NCBI GenBank assembly: GCA_041697335.1 | Contig: JBGUGD010000039.1 | Span: forward strand, 32,001-96,000 | Length of the DNA stretch: 64,000 nucleotides | Direction of reading: 5' to 3' | Origin: Vampirovibrionaceae bacterium NZW_1234 | GTDB lineage: Bacteria > Cyanobacteriota > Vampirovibrionia > Vampirovibrionales > JAGQHJ01 | In this document: positions 1 to 8,641 of the stretch, one piece after another | How the letters are laid out: the number at the start of each line of letters is the position of its first letter | How positions within the stretch are numbered: position 1 is the stretch's first letter | The notes under the pieces: generated by a model | Database searches by the model: none | Told to the model about the DNA's origin: nothing | What the model saw: the letters and a program-made list of their open reading frames with translations, nothing else | Program-made: the position numbers and the translations under genes

Positions 1-1082
1 GGCGGAACCAGAAAGCCGGTTTCACCGGGAATCACCAGTTCGGGAATCGCCCCCACGTCAGAACCAATCACCATCGTGCCGCAAGCAAAGGCTTCCAAAA
101 TACTCAGGCCAAAAATTTCCCCCCATCTTGAAGGCATTACCACGGCCCGGGCTTGCTGCAAATACGGTACCAATTCGGCCTCGGACAAAGCTCCGAGCCA
201 CGTAATGTGCGATAGCCCGTTACGCTCCGTCTGGCGGCGCAGGAATGGGTACATAGGCCCTTCCCCTGCAATTAGCACACGGATATCTTTTAAGGGCGCT
301 ACGGCTTGCAAGAAGGTGGTAATGCCTTTTTCCGGAGAAATCCGCCCGGCATACAAAAAGGTTCTACCCCCTTCGGGCTTGGTTAATGCCGGAGTAAACC
401 GTGTGGTATCAACAAAGTTTGGATGCAGCTGCAAGGTATGGGGTGCCACACCGGAAGAAAGCAATAAATTTCGTAAATACCCGCTCGGGGCCAAATGCAG
501 GTCGGGTTGAGTCCGATATCGCCGATGATTAAGGGACCACTCCAGTGTCGAAACAATGCTACGAGCCACGGAATTTTCCTGGCACCGATGTTGGACACAT
601 TTCCATGGCTGACCATACAGGCAGGGCATGCGTTCACAATAGGAGGCCTCCCCTTGTAACAACTTCCCGGTAGGGCAGGCCAGCTTGACGTAGTGATGGG
701 TTTGAATCAGGGGAATCTGCCGCCGTTGGGCCGCATCGTAAATGGCTGGCGAAAAACTGCGCATCAGCCCATGCACATGCACCACGTCAGGACGAAAATC
801 ATCTAAAAACGCCCCGAATTGTTTTCCCACTTGGGGATTGTAAATGCTCTGGGCCACATCGCGAAACACAAGCGGCAGCCGCTTGAGGGACAGCGAATAC
901 CGCTGGCGATCCACGTCCTTGGGAAAATAATGGCGGTAGGGCGAATCAAGATTACGTTCATGGGATTGGGCAAAAATAACGGCCTCATGCCCCCGACGCA
1001 GCAGTTCCTCGCGCTGGACCAGGACCACTTTGTCCATGCCCCCATCCAGCCAATCTCGATGGTTCACAAAGGCAATACGCAT
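1..1082 (-). CDS. Glycosyltransferase family 4 (GT-B), 3' end runs off the window
   Basis: Not in the ORF track. Manual translation from ATG at 1082 (TAATG overlap with the upstream gene): MRIAFVNHRD...PDVVHVHG...FLYAGRISPEKG...PSRWGEIFGLSILEAFACGTMVIGSDVGAIPELV, which are GT4 motifs. Confidence 0.9.
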   Translation of the reverse strand, partial: MRIAFVNHRDWLDGGMDKVVLVQREELLRRGHEAVIFAQSHERNLDSPYRHYFPKDVDRQRYSLSLKRLPLVFRDVAQSIYNPQVGKQFGAFLDDFRPDVVHVHGLMRSFSPAIYDAAQRRQIPLIQTHHYVKLACPTGKLLQGEASYCERMPCLYGQPWKCVQHRCQENSVARSIVSTLEWSLNHRRYRTQPDLHLAPSGYLRNLLLSSGVAPHTLQLHPNFVDTTRFTPALTKPEGGRTFLYAGRISPEKGITTFLQAVAPLKDIRVLIAGEGPMYPFLRRQTERNGLSHITWLGALSEAELVPYLQQARAVVMPSRWGEIFGLSILEAFACGTMVIGSDVGAIPELVIPGETGFLVP

Positions 1083-1930
1083 TAGTGGCTCGCTTCAAGG
1101 GTTTGAACAGATTGACGCTTAAGCCCGATATGGCAGGCCAGACGAAGGGCAAACGGAAAGTCCTGAACGATATAGCGCTCAAATAAACTGCGTTCTCGCC
1201 GCTGACGATCAAATAAGAGACGATACACCCATTCCAGTCCGGCATGTTGCATCCATACAGGGGCTCGGCCTACCGTTCCGGCAATATAGTCAAATGCTCC
1301 CCCAACCGGCACAATAACACAGTCAGGAAGCCTATCCCAATTGCGATCAATCCACATGGTCTGCCACGGTGAACCCAGGGCCACAAAGATGACCTGTGGC
1401 CGAGCCTCTTGAATTTGCTTGAGAACGGCATCATTGATCTGGGGATCGTCCAATAAATGACGCGGCTGAGACCAATGATGGATGGAACGGGGCAAACTAT
1501 TACTCGCCGCTAATTTACCCTTGGCCTGGGCCAGCGTAATTTCATTCGAACCCAGCACAAACACCCGATAAGATTCACGGGCGCACAAGCGCAGCATCAT
1601 GGGAACCACATCAGTCAGCGCTAATCTTTGGGGCACTTCAACACCCGCCATTTTTGCCAGCCAACATACCGGCACCCCATCCACCAGAATAATATTGGCA
1701 CGGTCGTTCAAGACCTGGCGATAGGCTGCGTCCTGACGTGCATGCCACAATATATCCATATTCACATTATCAATTAGAAGCTTACGGCCGTTTTGGCAGG
1801 CGAGTCGAACACCGTGCAAAAGCTCATCCATGGTCAAAAGCGATATTCCCACCTGAAGGGCTGGAATAAACACTTTGGAATACACCCATGTTGCATCCGC
1901 TTTGGGTCGCACATCGGTCATGCTAAACAT
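1082..1930 (-). CDS. WecB/TagA/CpsF family glycosyltransferase
   Basis: Motifs NVNMD, VDGVPV, FVALGSPWQ, VGGAFD, RAPVWMQHAGLEW. Confidence 0.93.
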   Translation of the reverse strand: MFSMTDVRPKADATWVYSKVFIPALQVGISLLTMDELLHGVRLACQNGRKLLIDNVNMDILWHARQDAAYRQVLNDRANIILVDGVPVCWLAKMAGVEVPQRLALTDVVPMMLRLCARESYRVFVLGSNEITLAQAKGKLAASNSLPRSIHHWSQPRHLLDDPQINDAVLKQIQEARPQVIFVALGSPWQTMWIDRNWDRLPDCVIVPVGGAFDYIAGTVGRAPVWMQHAGLEWVYRLLFDRQRRERSLFERYIVQDFPFALRLACHIGLKRQSVQTLEASH

Positions 1931-2367
1931 TGCATACAGCTCCTTATGCTTGATGCTTGCCGAAAAAGCAAATTCCGCATTTGATGAAAACTACCCCCAA
2001 TAAAAACAAAAAACCCGACATTAAAAATTACTCCCCCTGGCAGTGTTCCGCAAACGAGACCTATGCCCTCAGCTTGAAGACGCCAGGAGCAGCCAAGATA
2101 GGCAGTAAAAGGTGACACCCTACCCAGGGCTAAATAGTCGGCCTGGACCATATTGTCTACACCCTTGGGCAATAGTCTTCAATCCGCAAATTCGATAAGG
2201 TCTTCAACAATACAGAAATCAACCACAAGAACACTTGGACCCAGGACGAAGACCCTGAAATAAAAGGGTTTTCGATATTGATGCCACAGACGTTGGCAGA
2301 TGTTGGTATGGTTTCCAAACCACAAGCAATTGAGTCAGTTAGTTAGCATGGGGCAACAGAGGATTTC

Positions 2368-3075
2368 GTGGCAATGGCTTGGTTTAATCGCATCGGGTTG
2401 AATTCACCTTCTTTATTCTCCGACAGGATGACGAGAGATGTGACCATGCCCATGTCTCCACAAGCCAAACGCATTCAATGGTTTATGAAACGCGGCATGG
2501 ATATTCTTTTAAGTGGTGGCGGGCTGATTCTGCTGAGCCCGTTTTTAGCCCTCGTCATGCTGCTTATCAAGCTGGACTCTCCAGGCCCATGCTTTATCCG
2601 ACAACGCCGTGTCGGGTATTTGGGACAAGAGTTTTATATGTATAAGTTTCGAAGCATGGTGGCCGATGCCGATCGCTATCGCCAGGCCTTATTGGCTCAA
2701 AACGAAACCAACGATTTTATGTTCAAAATGAAGGCCGATCCCCGCATCACGCGCGTGGGCAAATGGATCCGCCGCTATAGCATTGATGAGCTGCCTCAGC
2801 TGATTAATGTGCTGAAGGGGGAAATGAGCCTCGTAGGACCTCGCCCTCCCTTGCCCGATGAAGTCTGTCGCTATCGTAAATCCTACCTCAAACGCCTGGC
2901 CACGGTTCCAGGTCTCACCTGCAACTGGCAGATCAGTGGGCGCTCGGACATCCAAAATTTTGATCAGGTAGTTGAATTGGATGTCAGCTATATTCGCTCA
3001 TGGTCTTTGTGGCGGGATCTGGAAATTCTGATAAAAACCGTTCCCATCGTGATTAGTGCAAAAGGTGCCGCATAA
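2368..3075 (+). CDS. Priming sugar transferase (WcaJ/CpsE-like, undecaprenyl-phosphate glycosyl-1-P transferase domain)
   Basis: KRGMDI, YKFRSM, DPRITRVGKWIRRYSIDELPQLINVLKGEMSLVGPRP. Start may lie a few codons downstream. Confidence 0.93.
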   Translation: MAMAWFNRIGLNSPSLFSDRMTRDVTMPMSPQAKRIQWFMKRGMDILLSGGGLILLSPFLALVMLLIKLDSPGPCFIRQRRVGYLGQEFYMYKFRSMVADADRYRQALLAQNETNDFMFKMKADPRITRVGKWIRRYSIDELPQLINVLKGEMSLVGPRPPLPDEVCRYRKSYLKRLATVPGLTCNWQISGRSDIQNFDQVVELDVSYIRSWSLWRDLEILIKTVPIVISAKGAA

Positions 3076-3099
3076 AAAAACGGAGTTGGAAGACACGCT

Positions 3100-3891
3100 A
3101 TGCTTCTACACACAACGTCATCTCGACCACGTGCGATTAAGCAATCGCTTTTGGAAGCTCCCTTGTTGAGCATTATTCCCTGGTTGGCAGAGCCGCTGTA
3201 TGCGGCATTTTATCCACCCAATTATCATCAAACCGATCGCCTGCCGGATGCCCCAGCCTATGCATTTTTAACAACGCGTCTCATGGAATTGCGCACGGAT
3301 ATGGAGCAGGCACTGTGTGTCAACGTCGCTTCGACAACCCGAGGCAAAAGCACCTCTTGGATGGTCATGAAACTGGTTCATTTTTTATCTCGCCATCATC
3401 AACGCGTACTGGTTATGGATGCGGATTTTTCATGGCCCACCCTGCACCTGGCCTTTGATCTGGCTTATGATTCGGGATTATCCTTTGTTGACTTGCTGAG
3501 GCATTGCCATCCGGAAATGAACTGGGCTGAAATGCCAAACGACTTCTGGAGGCGTTTTCAAGAACAATGCCATTCATCTTCAGATCTCCCCGGGGTCACC
3601 TTACTGCATAACACCCCGGCCTTAAAATCCGCAACCGAAGCCCAGCAAACGCTGACAGACAATTTGGCATTGCTGCCATCTTTGCTGAGTTATCTTAAAC
3701 CCCATTTCGACTGGATTGTGATGGATACCGGCCCCCTGACCGCAACCCCCGAGAATCGAGAACTCTGTGCCATCGGGGATGGGCTGGTTTTGCTTGAAGA
3801 TCGGCTCTTCAATGAAAAAGAACGCCGAGCCCTGCATCAAATCCTCTTAGATGACAATATTCATGTCCTGGGTCGCGTAAAGCGTCACTAG
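3100..3891 (+). CDS. CpsD/CapB (BY-kinase)-like or MinD-like P-loop protein
   Basis: RGKST P-loop-like motif, RVLVMDAD (Walker A'), FDWIVMDTGP (Walker B). Follows the priming transferase. Confidence 0.65.
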   Translation: MLLHTTSSRPRAIKQSLLEAPLLSIIPWLAEPLYAAFYPPNYHQTDRLPDAPAYAFLTTRLMELRTDMEQALCVNVASTTRGKSTSWMVMKLVHFLSRHHQRVLVMDADFSWPTLHLAFDLAYDSGLSFVDLLRHCHPEMNWAEMPNDFWRRFQEQCHSSSDLPGVTLLHNTPALKSATEAQQTLTDNLALLPSLLSYLKPHFDWIVMDTGPLTATPENRELCAIGDGLVLLEDRLFNEKERRALHQILLDDNIHVLGRVKRH

Positions 3892-3921
3892 TCTCACCCG
3901 GAGTTTGGGCAACGATATACA

Positions 3922-3954
3922 CAAAAAACACCACAACTTGTGTGGTGTTTTTTG
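3922..3954. terminator. Bidirectional intrinsic terminator
   Basis: CAAAAAACACCACA / TGTGGTGTTTTTTG inverted repeat between convergent genes. Confidence 0.85.
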
Positions 3955-3971
3955 AGTAACCCGATTAAACG

Positions 3972-4211
3972 TTAGTCGTTCTTACGACCGGCATGGCTGC
4001 TTTGTCCGCCTTTACGTCCAATAGCGGCCATATGCTCACGATTTTGGCTGACTTTTTCCCCACCTTTGCGGCCCGCTTCGCGAGCTTCATCCGATGTAAA
4101 TTCGTGAGCCGTTCCTTTTTCATGAGCAGCACGGCCGCCTTTACTAGCTATTTCACGTTGCTTCTCGGGAGGCATTGATGCAAATCCCCGTAAGCTTTTC
4201 CCTTCTGCCAT
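3972..4211 (-). CDS. KGG-repeat general stress protein (GsiB/YciG-like)
   Basis: RGFASM...EIASKGG...EAGRKGG...AIGRKGG repeats; SD AGGAGG upstream. Confidence 0.92.
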   Translation of the reverse strand: MAEGKSLRGFASMPPEKQREIASKGGRAAHEKGTAHEFTSDEAREAGRKGGEKVSQNREHMAAIGRKGGQSSHAGRKND

Positions 4212-4492
4212 TCTTCAGTCCTCCTTTCCTGGGAGTAATCCTAACCTGTCTATTTACCAGCTTGAGTTCAACCTCATCTTAGAAGGATTTCCAGCCTCAG
4301 AGTATTCTCCAGGTCTCCTATTCCCGGACAAATCACTCTTCATTCAATAGAATTACGCCAATTGACTAGCGCTTAGACAAGCCATTGACTTAAAACACTG
4401 ACACCCAATGGTGAGTTGGCGCTCCAAACAAGCCCTAATAGAGTGGCTCATAACAGACAGAGCCAAAGAAAAACTTCAAAACGGCAGTAAAC

Positions 4493-5524
4493 TTAAAGGG
4501 TCAGTTGATAAAGCTTCATCACCGAACGGACTTCACGCATGGTGTCTTGGCAGGTGGCCCGGGCTTTTTCAGTCCCTTCCCGTAACAGTTGGTGAACATA
4601 TCCCAAGTCGTTAGCCAACGCCTGACGCCGCTCACGAAGCGGACGCATCTCTTCCATAACGAAGTCCAATAAAATTTTCTTGCAGTCCATACATCCACGG
4701 GCTGCCGTGCGACATTCATCGGCAGCCAAAGCCTGCGCCTCAGCAGAGGCAAAGACTTGATAATATTTGTAGATGACTTCGCAATTTTCAGGGTTTCCCG
4801 GATCCGTGCGTTTAATACGAGCCGGATCGGTAATACCCTGTTTCAGTTTGGCCCAGGTCTCATCCTCGGTCTCGCTCAAATAAATCGCATTGCCATAGGA
4901 CTTGCCCATTTTACGGCCATCCAGCCCAGGCAAGAGCGGGGTTTGGGTCAACAGAGGCTGGGGAGGCACAAAGACTTGAGACTGGTATGTATGATTGAAT
5001 CGGGTGACGATGTCTCGGGCAATTTCCAGGTGGGCCAATTGATCCTTACCAACAGGAACCAGCGATCCTTTGACTGACAAAATATCAGCGGCCTGCAGAA
5101 TGGGGTAGCCCAATAAGCCATAGGTCAAATCAGCATTAACCCCATCTCGCAACATTGTCACCATGTCCTTGAGTGTTGGGTCTGTTTCTACCCACTTGTT
5201 GGGAGTGACCATGCTAAAAAGCAAATGCAACTCAGCAATCTCAGGCACCTGAGACTGGATAAACACCGTGGCTTTCTGGGTATCAATGCCAGAAGCCAGC
5301 CAATCCAACGCCACATTCAGGATGTTTTCTTGCAGCATCTCGGTGTTATCGTACTGGGTAGTCAGAGCATGCCAGTCAACAATAGAGAAATAACACTCAT
5401 ACTGGTGCTGAAGCTCAACCCAGTTTCGCAAGACACCCACATAGTGCCCCAGATGCAGTTTTCCTGTCGGCCGCATCCCGGACATAACACGCTTATGTTG
5501 CACTTGATTCGAAGCGGAACTCAT
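4493..5524 (-). CDS. trpS: Tryptophan--tRNA ligase
   Basis: SGMRPTGKLHLGH (HIGH), VPVGKDQ, KMGKS (KMSKS). ATG at 5524 chosen over the track start at 5542. Confidence 0.97.
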   Translation of the reverse strand: MSSASNQVQHKRVMSGMRPTGKLHLGHYVGVLRNWVELQHQYECYFSIVDWHALTTQYDNTEMLQENILNVALDWLASGIDTQKATVFIQSQVPEIAELHLLFSMVTPNKWVETDPTLKDMVTMLRDGVNADLTYGLLGYPILQAADILSVKGSLVPVGKDQLAHLEIARDIVTRFNHTYQSQVFVPPQPLLTQTPLLPGLDGRKMGKSYGNAIYLSETEDETWAKLKQGITDPARIKRTDPGNPENCEVIYKYYQVFASAEAQALAADECRTAARGCMDCKKILLDFVMEEMRPLRERRQALANDLGYVHQLLREGTEKARATCQDTMREVRSVMKLYQLTL

Positions 5525-5800
5525 ACCCTTTAGTGTACCCAAGAAAGACCACGAAGAACAACATTGGATTCAAATCACAATTCCCCAGAAGAGCAGGCTT
5601 TTCTCATCTAAAATCCATCAGCCCGATGAATTTTATTTCATCCCATTGAACCCACATTCAGACAGTACCGATACAGCAGATAGCCCTCTGAAGACCGGTG
5701 GTATTTTGGACAAACCCAAGTACACTGTCTCCAGTGGGCTATCAGGGTCCTGCCCCCATAACCCAATTCGCTTTTCCGGTAGTTGTCAAAGGATGCAACC

Positions 5801-6211
5801 ATGAGCCTGTTTTCAAGAATTGCAGCAGCCATCGTTCAAACCAGTGGCCACCCCATTCCGGCCAATGTGGCCAGAAAGTTGCCTAATTTCAACGGTTTGG
5901 CCAACTTTCAGAACATCATGCAAGCACGAGCCATGAATTTACCGGTGATGCCAACGCCGCCCACCCCGCCGGAAAACATGAATGACTCCAAAGCGATGCA
6001 AGAGTATCATATAGCCTTGCAGACCTATAATCAGAATTTTCAAACCTACAATACCCGAATGATGACCTTGTTTTTACAGCGTTTTCAGCTCTTACAGCAA
6101 GCGATCATGCGAGCACAGCAGAGCCAAAGCTCGACCTCAAGTAGCACAAGCCGACTCTCATCCCCAACGCTCGGTGTGGCGGGGATTATTGATAGCGGCA
6201 TTGACTTGTAA
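5801..6211 (+). CDS. Hypothetical Gln/Asn-rich helical protein
   Basis: ATG at 5801 after AAGGA. Its 3' end overlaps the rhomboid 3' end by about 54 nt. Confidence 0.65.
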   Translation: MSLFSRIAAAIVQTSGHPIPANVARKLPNFNGLANFQNIMQARAMNLPVMPTPPTPPENMNDSKAMQEYHIALQTYNQNFQTYNTRMMTLFLQRFQLLQQAIMRAQQSQSSTSSSTSRLSSPTLGVAGIIDSGIDL

Positions 6212-6904
6212 TTCTAAGGCCTCCAGTCGTCGGATTAATAAAATCACCAGCGTCAAAAGCCCACCGGTCAGTACGCCCCCCAGGTGAGCCATATGGGCAA
6301 CGTTGGCTTGAAGACCAAACTCCAGGTAAGCCCAAAGCATCAATGCTTGAGTTCCGGCCCAAAGGCCTAACAATATCGCTGAGACCATCACAAAGATACC
6401 TTGCCAACTTTTAAAGGGCACAGAGCAATGTCGGGGGAGTAACAGCAAAAACGCAGCCATAACACCGGACACCGGACCGCTGGCTCCGATACTGGGTACC
6501 CAGGACATGGGATTACTCCAGACTTGTAAAGCATCAGCGCCAAGGCCACAGACCAGAAAGAAAACCAGATAGGTCCAATGCCCCATTCGACGCTCCACAT
6601 AACTGCCAAAGACGAGTAAATAAATCATGTTTGAAAGCAAGTGAGCGACATCCACATGCAAAAACATCATGGTCCAGAGACTAATCCAGTAAGGATAAGG
6701 CCCCACCGGAGGCAGATCCGTATGAGTTGTGAATTCTACGGGCATCAGTCCATATTCAAAGATTCCGGCCTGAACATGACTGAGCGGCTTGTCCCACTGC
6801 CAATACCAGAACACCAACACATTGAGTAAAACCAAACCCAAAGTGACAAAAGGCCATCGACAAACCGGTCTGGCCACTGCCTCTCTGGGAATCCCGCGAT
6901 GCAT
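6158..6904 (-). CDS. Rhomboid family intramembrane serine protease
   Basis: MFLH...HLLSNM, GASG catalytic Ser, AHLGG catalytic His, multiple TM segments. Confidence 0.93.
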   Translation of the reverse strand: MHRGIPREAVARPVCRWPFVTLGLVLLNVLVFWYWQWDKPLSHVQAGIFEYGLMPVEFTTHTDLPPVGPYPYWISLWTMMFLHVDVAHLLSNMIYLLVFGSYVERRMGHWTYLVFFLVCGLGADALQVWSNPMSWVPSIGASGPVSGVMAAFLLLLPRHCSVPFKSWQGIFVMVSAILLGLWAGTQALMLWAYLEFGLQANVAHMAHLGGVLTGGLLTLVILLIRRLEALELQVNAAINNPRHTERWG

Positions 6905-7143
6905 GGGTACGCCTCTCCCCTCATACTATCCCTTCACCCTAACACACCCTTTGGAGACCCACCTTCGCCAAGTCGGCAAGTCCAGGACACCCCCTTCCCG
7001 TTTCTCTCGGCTCAGCCAGCTTCCCCAAAATCCGCTTGAAAACCCATCATCATCGCTGAAGTAGTTTGATTTTTAGTCGATACTCATGCAAAGTATCATC
7101 ATCAGTCATCCCCCATATCGGCTAACCCACGTGAGGAGGAATC

Positions 7144-8079
7144 ATGCCCGAGTCGGATAAATCCGTTTCCCGTTGGACCCAGCTGGGACATCAGTTATCA
7201 GAGCAGATTAGCCGATGGCTTCCCCCGTCATCAGCCCAGCAGTTCCGGATTGCATCTCACCGTACGTATATTCCGAACCTTCCGGACGCGCTCGAAGGGC
7301 TCCGGGTGGTGCAATTATCTGATATTCACTATTACGAATACAGCTCCCACTCCTATCATCAGCAAGTGGTTGATACTGTAAACCACCTGAACGCCGATAT
7401 TATTATCACCACGGGTGACATCATCCACTACGGCTCCAAATGCCTTGATACCGGCCACTCCTTCTTGCACCAGCTCAAGGCCCGACTCGGAAAGTTTGCC
7501 TGTTTGGGAAACCATGATTATAGCGACGGCCATCGAAGCCAAGGACTGCGGGTTATGCAACGAGAAGCCGGCTTTGACATGCTGGTGAATGACGCCATTA
7601 TTCTGGATATTGATGGGCAGCCCTTGTGTATTTCGGGCATTGATGATTGCCGCCATGGCACCCCGAATATTGAGAAAGCATTCCAGACCATTGATGCCTC
7701 GATGACTCATCTTTGCCTGATTCACAACCCCGCTTTGGCCCCACATGTGGCCAAAGCAGAGAATGCACCTCACCTGGTGATGGCAGGACATACCCACGGC
7801 GGGCACGTGAATCATATGGTCGTTAATTGGATCCAGCGTCATCTCCTGGATCATGACTACCAATATGGCTGGTTTACCTTTCAAGAAAAAACCCAGCTCT
7901 ACGTCACTAGTGGCGTCGGCTCGGCCAGCTTTGCCGTCCACAAACCCGAGCATGATTTTCATTTTGCGCTGCACCCGTTTCGGGTCAACAGTGCTCCGGA
8001 AATTGCCGTATTTGACCTCACCGGTCAAACACGCTTCGATGCCCCCGCTGTGATGGAATCGTCTCGCATCTGTGCATAA
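7144..8079 (+). CDS. Calcineurin-like metallophosphoesterase (YkuE/YaeI-like)
   Basis: SDIH, TGD, LGNHD, HNP, AGHTHGG motifs. Confidence 0.93.
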   Translation: MPESDKSVSRWTQLGHQLSEQISRWLPPSSAQQFRIASHRTYIPNLPDALEGLRVVQLSDIHYYEYSSHSYHQQVVDTVNHLNADIIITTGDIIHYGSKCLDTGHSFLHQLKARLGKFACLGNHDYSDGHRSQGLRVMQREAGFDMLVNDAIILDIDGQPLCISGIDDCRHGTPNIEKAFQTIDASMTHLCLIHNPALAPHVAKAENAPHLVMAGHTHGGHVNHMVVNWIQRHLLDHDYQYGWFTFQEKTQLYVTSGVGSASFAVHKPEHDFHFALHPFRVNSAPEIAVFDLTGQTRFDAPAVMESSRICA

Positions 8080-8167
8080 GCAAAAACCAGCTCTGGCATG
8101 ACTTTGCTGACGTCGCTGTTTGGCGTAACATGGTGACCGATGAAGATTAAGGATAAAGGGCATCGTC

Positions 8168-8641
8168 ATGACGCACCTCGCTTCAATCAACGACACTGTA
8201 CCCAACAGGGCAGCAAGGCCCAGATTTGGCTGGGTGGCCAATGACCAGGAGAAAGACCTGATTATTCACACCGCCCGGCAGTTGATGCCGTTATACCCAA
8301 CCCAGGCCGATTTGTATCTGGTGCAGGAATCCATCGGGCTGAATCGAGACTCGAAGAAACCCTTGGGATTCTTTAAAACCCTAACCTATTTGGCCAGCGC
8401 GATTCGAGACGAGCTTCGAATCAATCGGCTTCGCCGTGAAAAGCCGACGGTGAACTATTTTCTCTGGATCAAAAACGTAAACACCCCACCTCAATTTGTT
8501 GAGCAAAGCTTGAAAAACGTGGACGCGTTCGCCAAAAAAGAGTTGGCGCCTCAAGGAATCGACATAAACGTTCAAGCCAAGGCCGTGTCAGATAACGCGG
8601 TTTTAATGCGTTTTCGAGAAACGCGACCTCAGGACGAATAA
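8168..8641 (+). CDS. Hypothetical protein with N-terminal ...RPRFG leader
   Basis: 157-aa ORF with SD-like AAGGG; no recognised domain. Confidence 0.65.
   Translation: MTHLASINDTVPNRAARPRFGWVANDQEKDLIIHTARQLMPLYPTQADLYLVQESIGLNRDSKKPLGFFKTLTYLASAIRDELRINRLRREKPTVNYFLWIKNVNTPPQFVEQSLKNVDAFAKKELAPQGIDINVQAKAVSDNAVLMRFRETRPQDE

Noticed and set aside
76..1085. Short ORFs 76-510, 383-637, 803-1045 and 819-1085
   Set aside because: All overlap the GT4 gene, which the track missed because it runs off the window edge.
1931..2367. Long divergent intergenic region of the EPS genes as a possible riboswitch or ops/JUMPstart leader
   Set aside because: No recognisable consensus or convincing stem set.
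7315..8241. 308-aa minus-strand ORF
   Set aside because: Antisense shadow of the metallophosphoesterase; no motifs.
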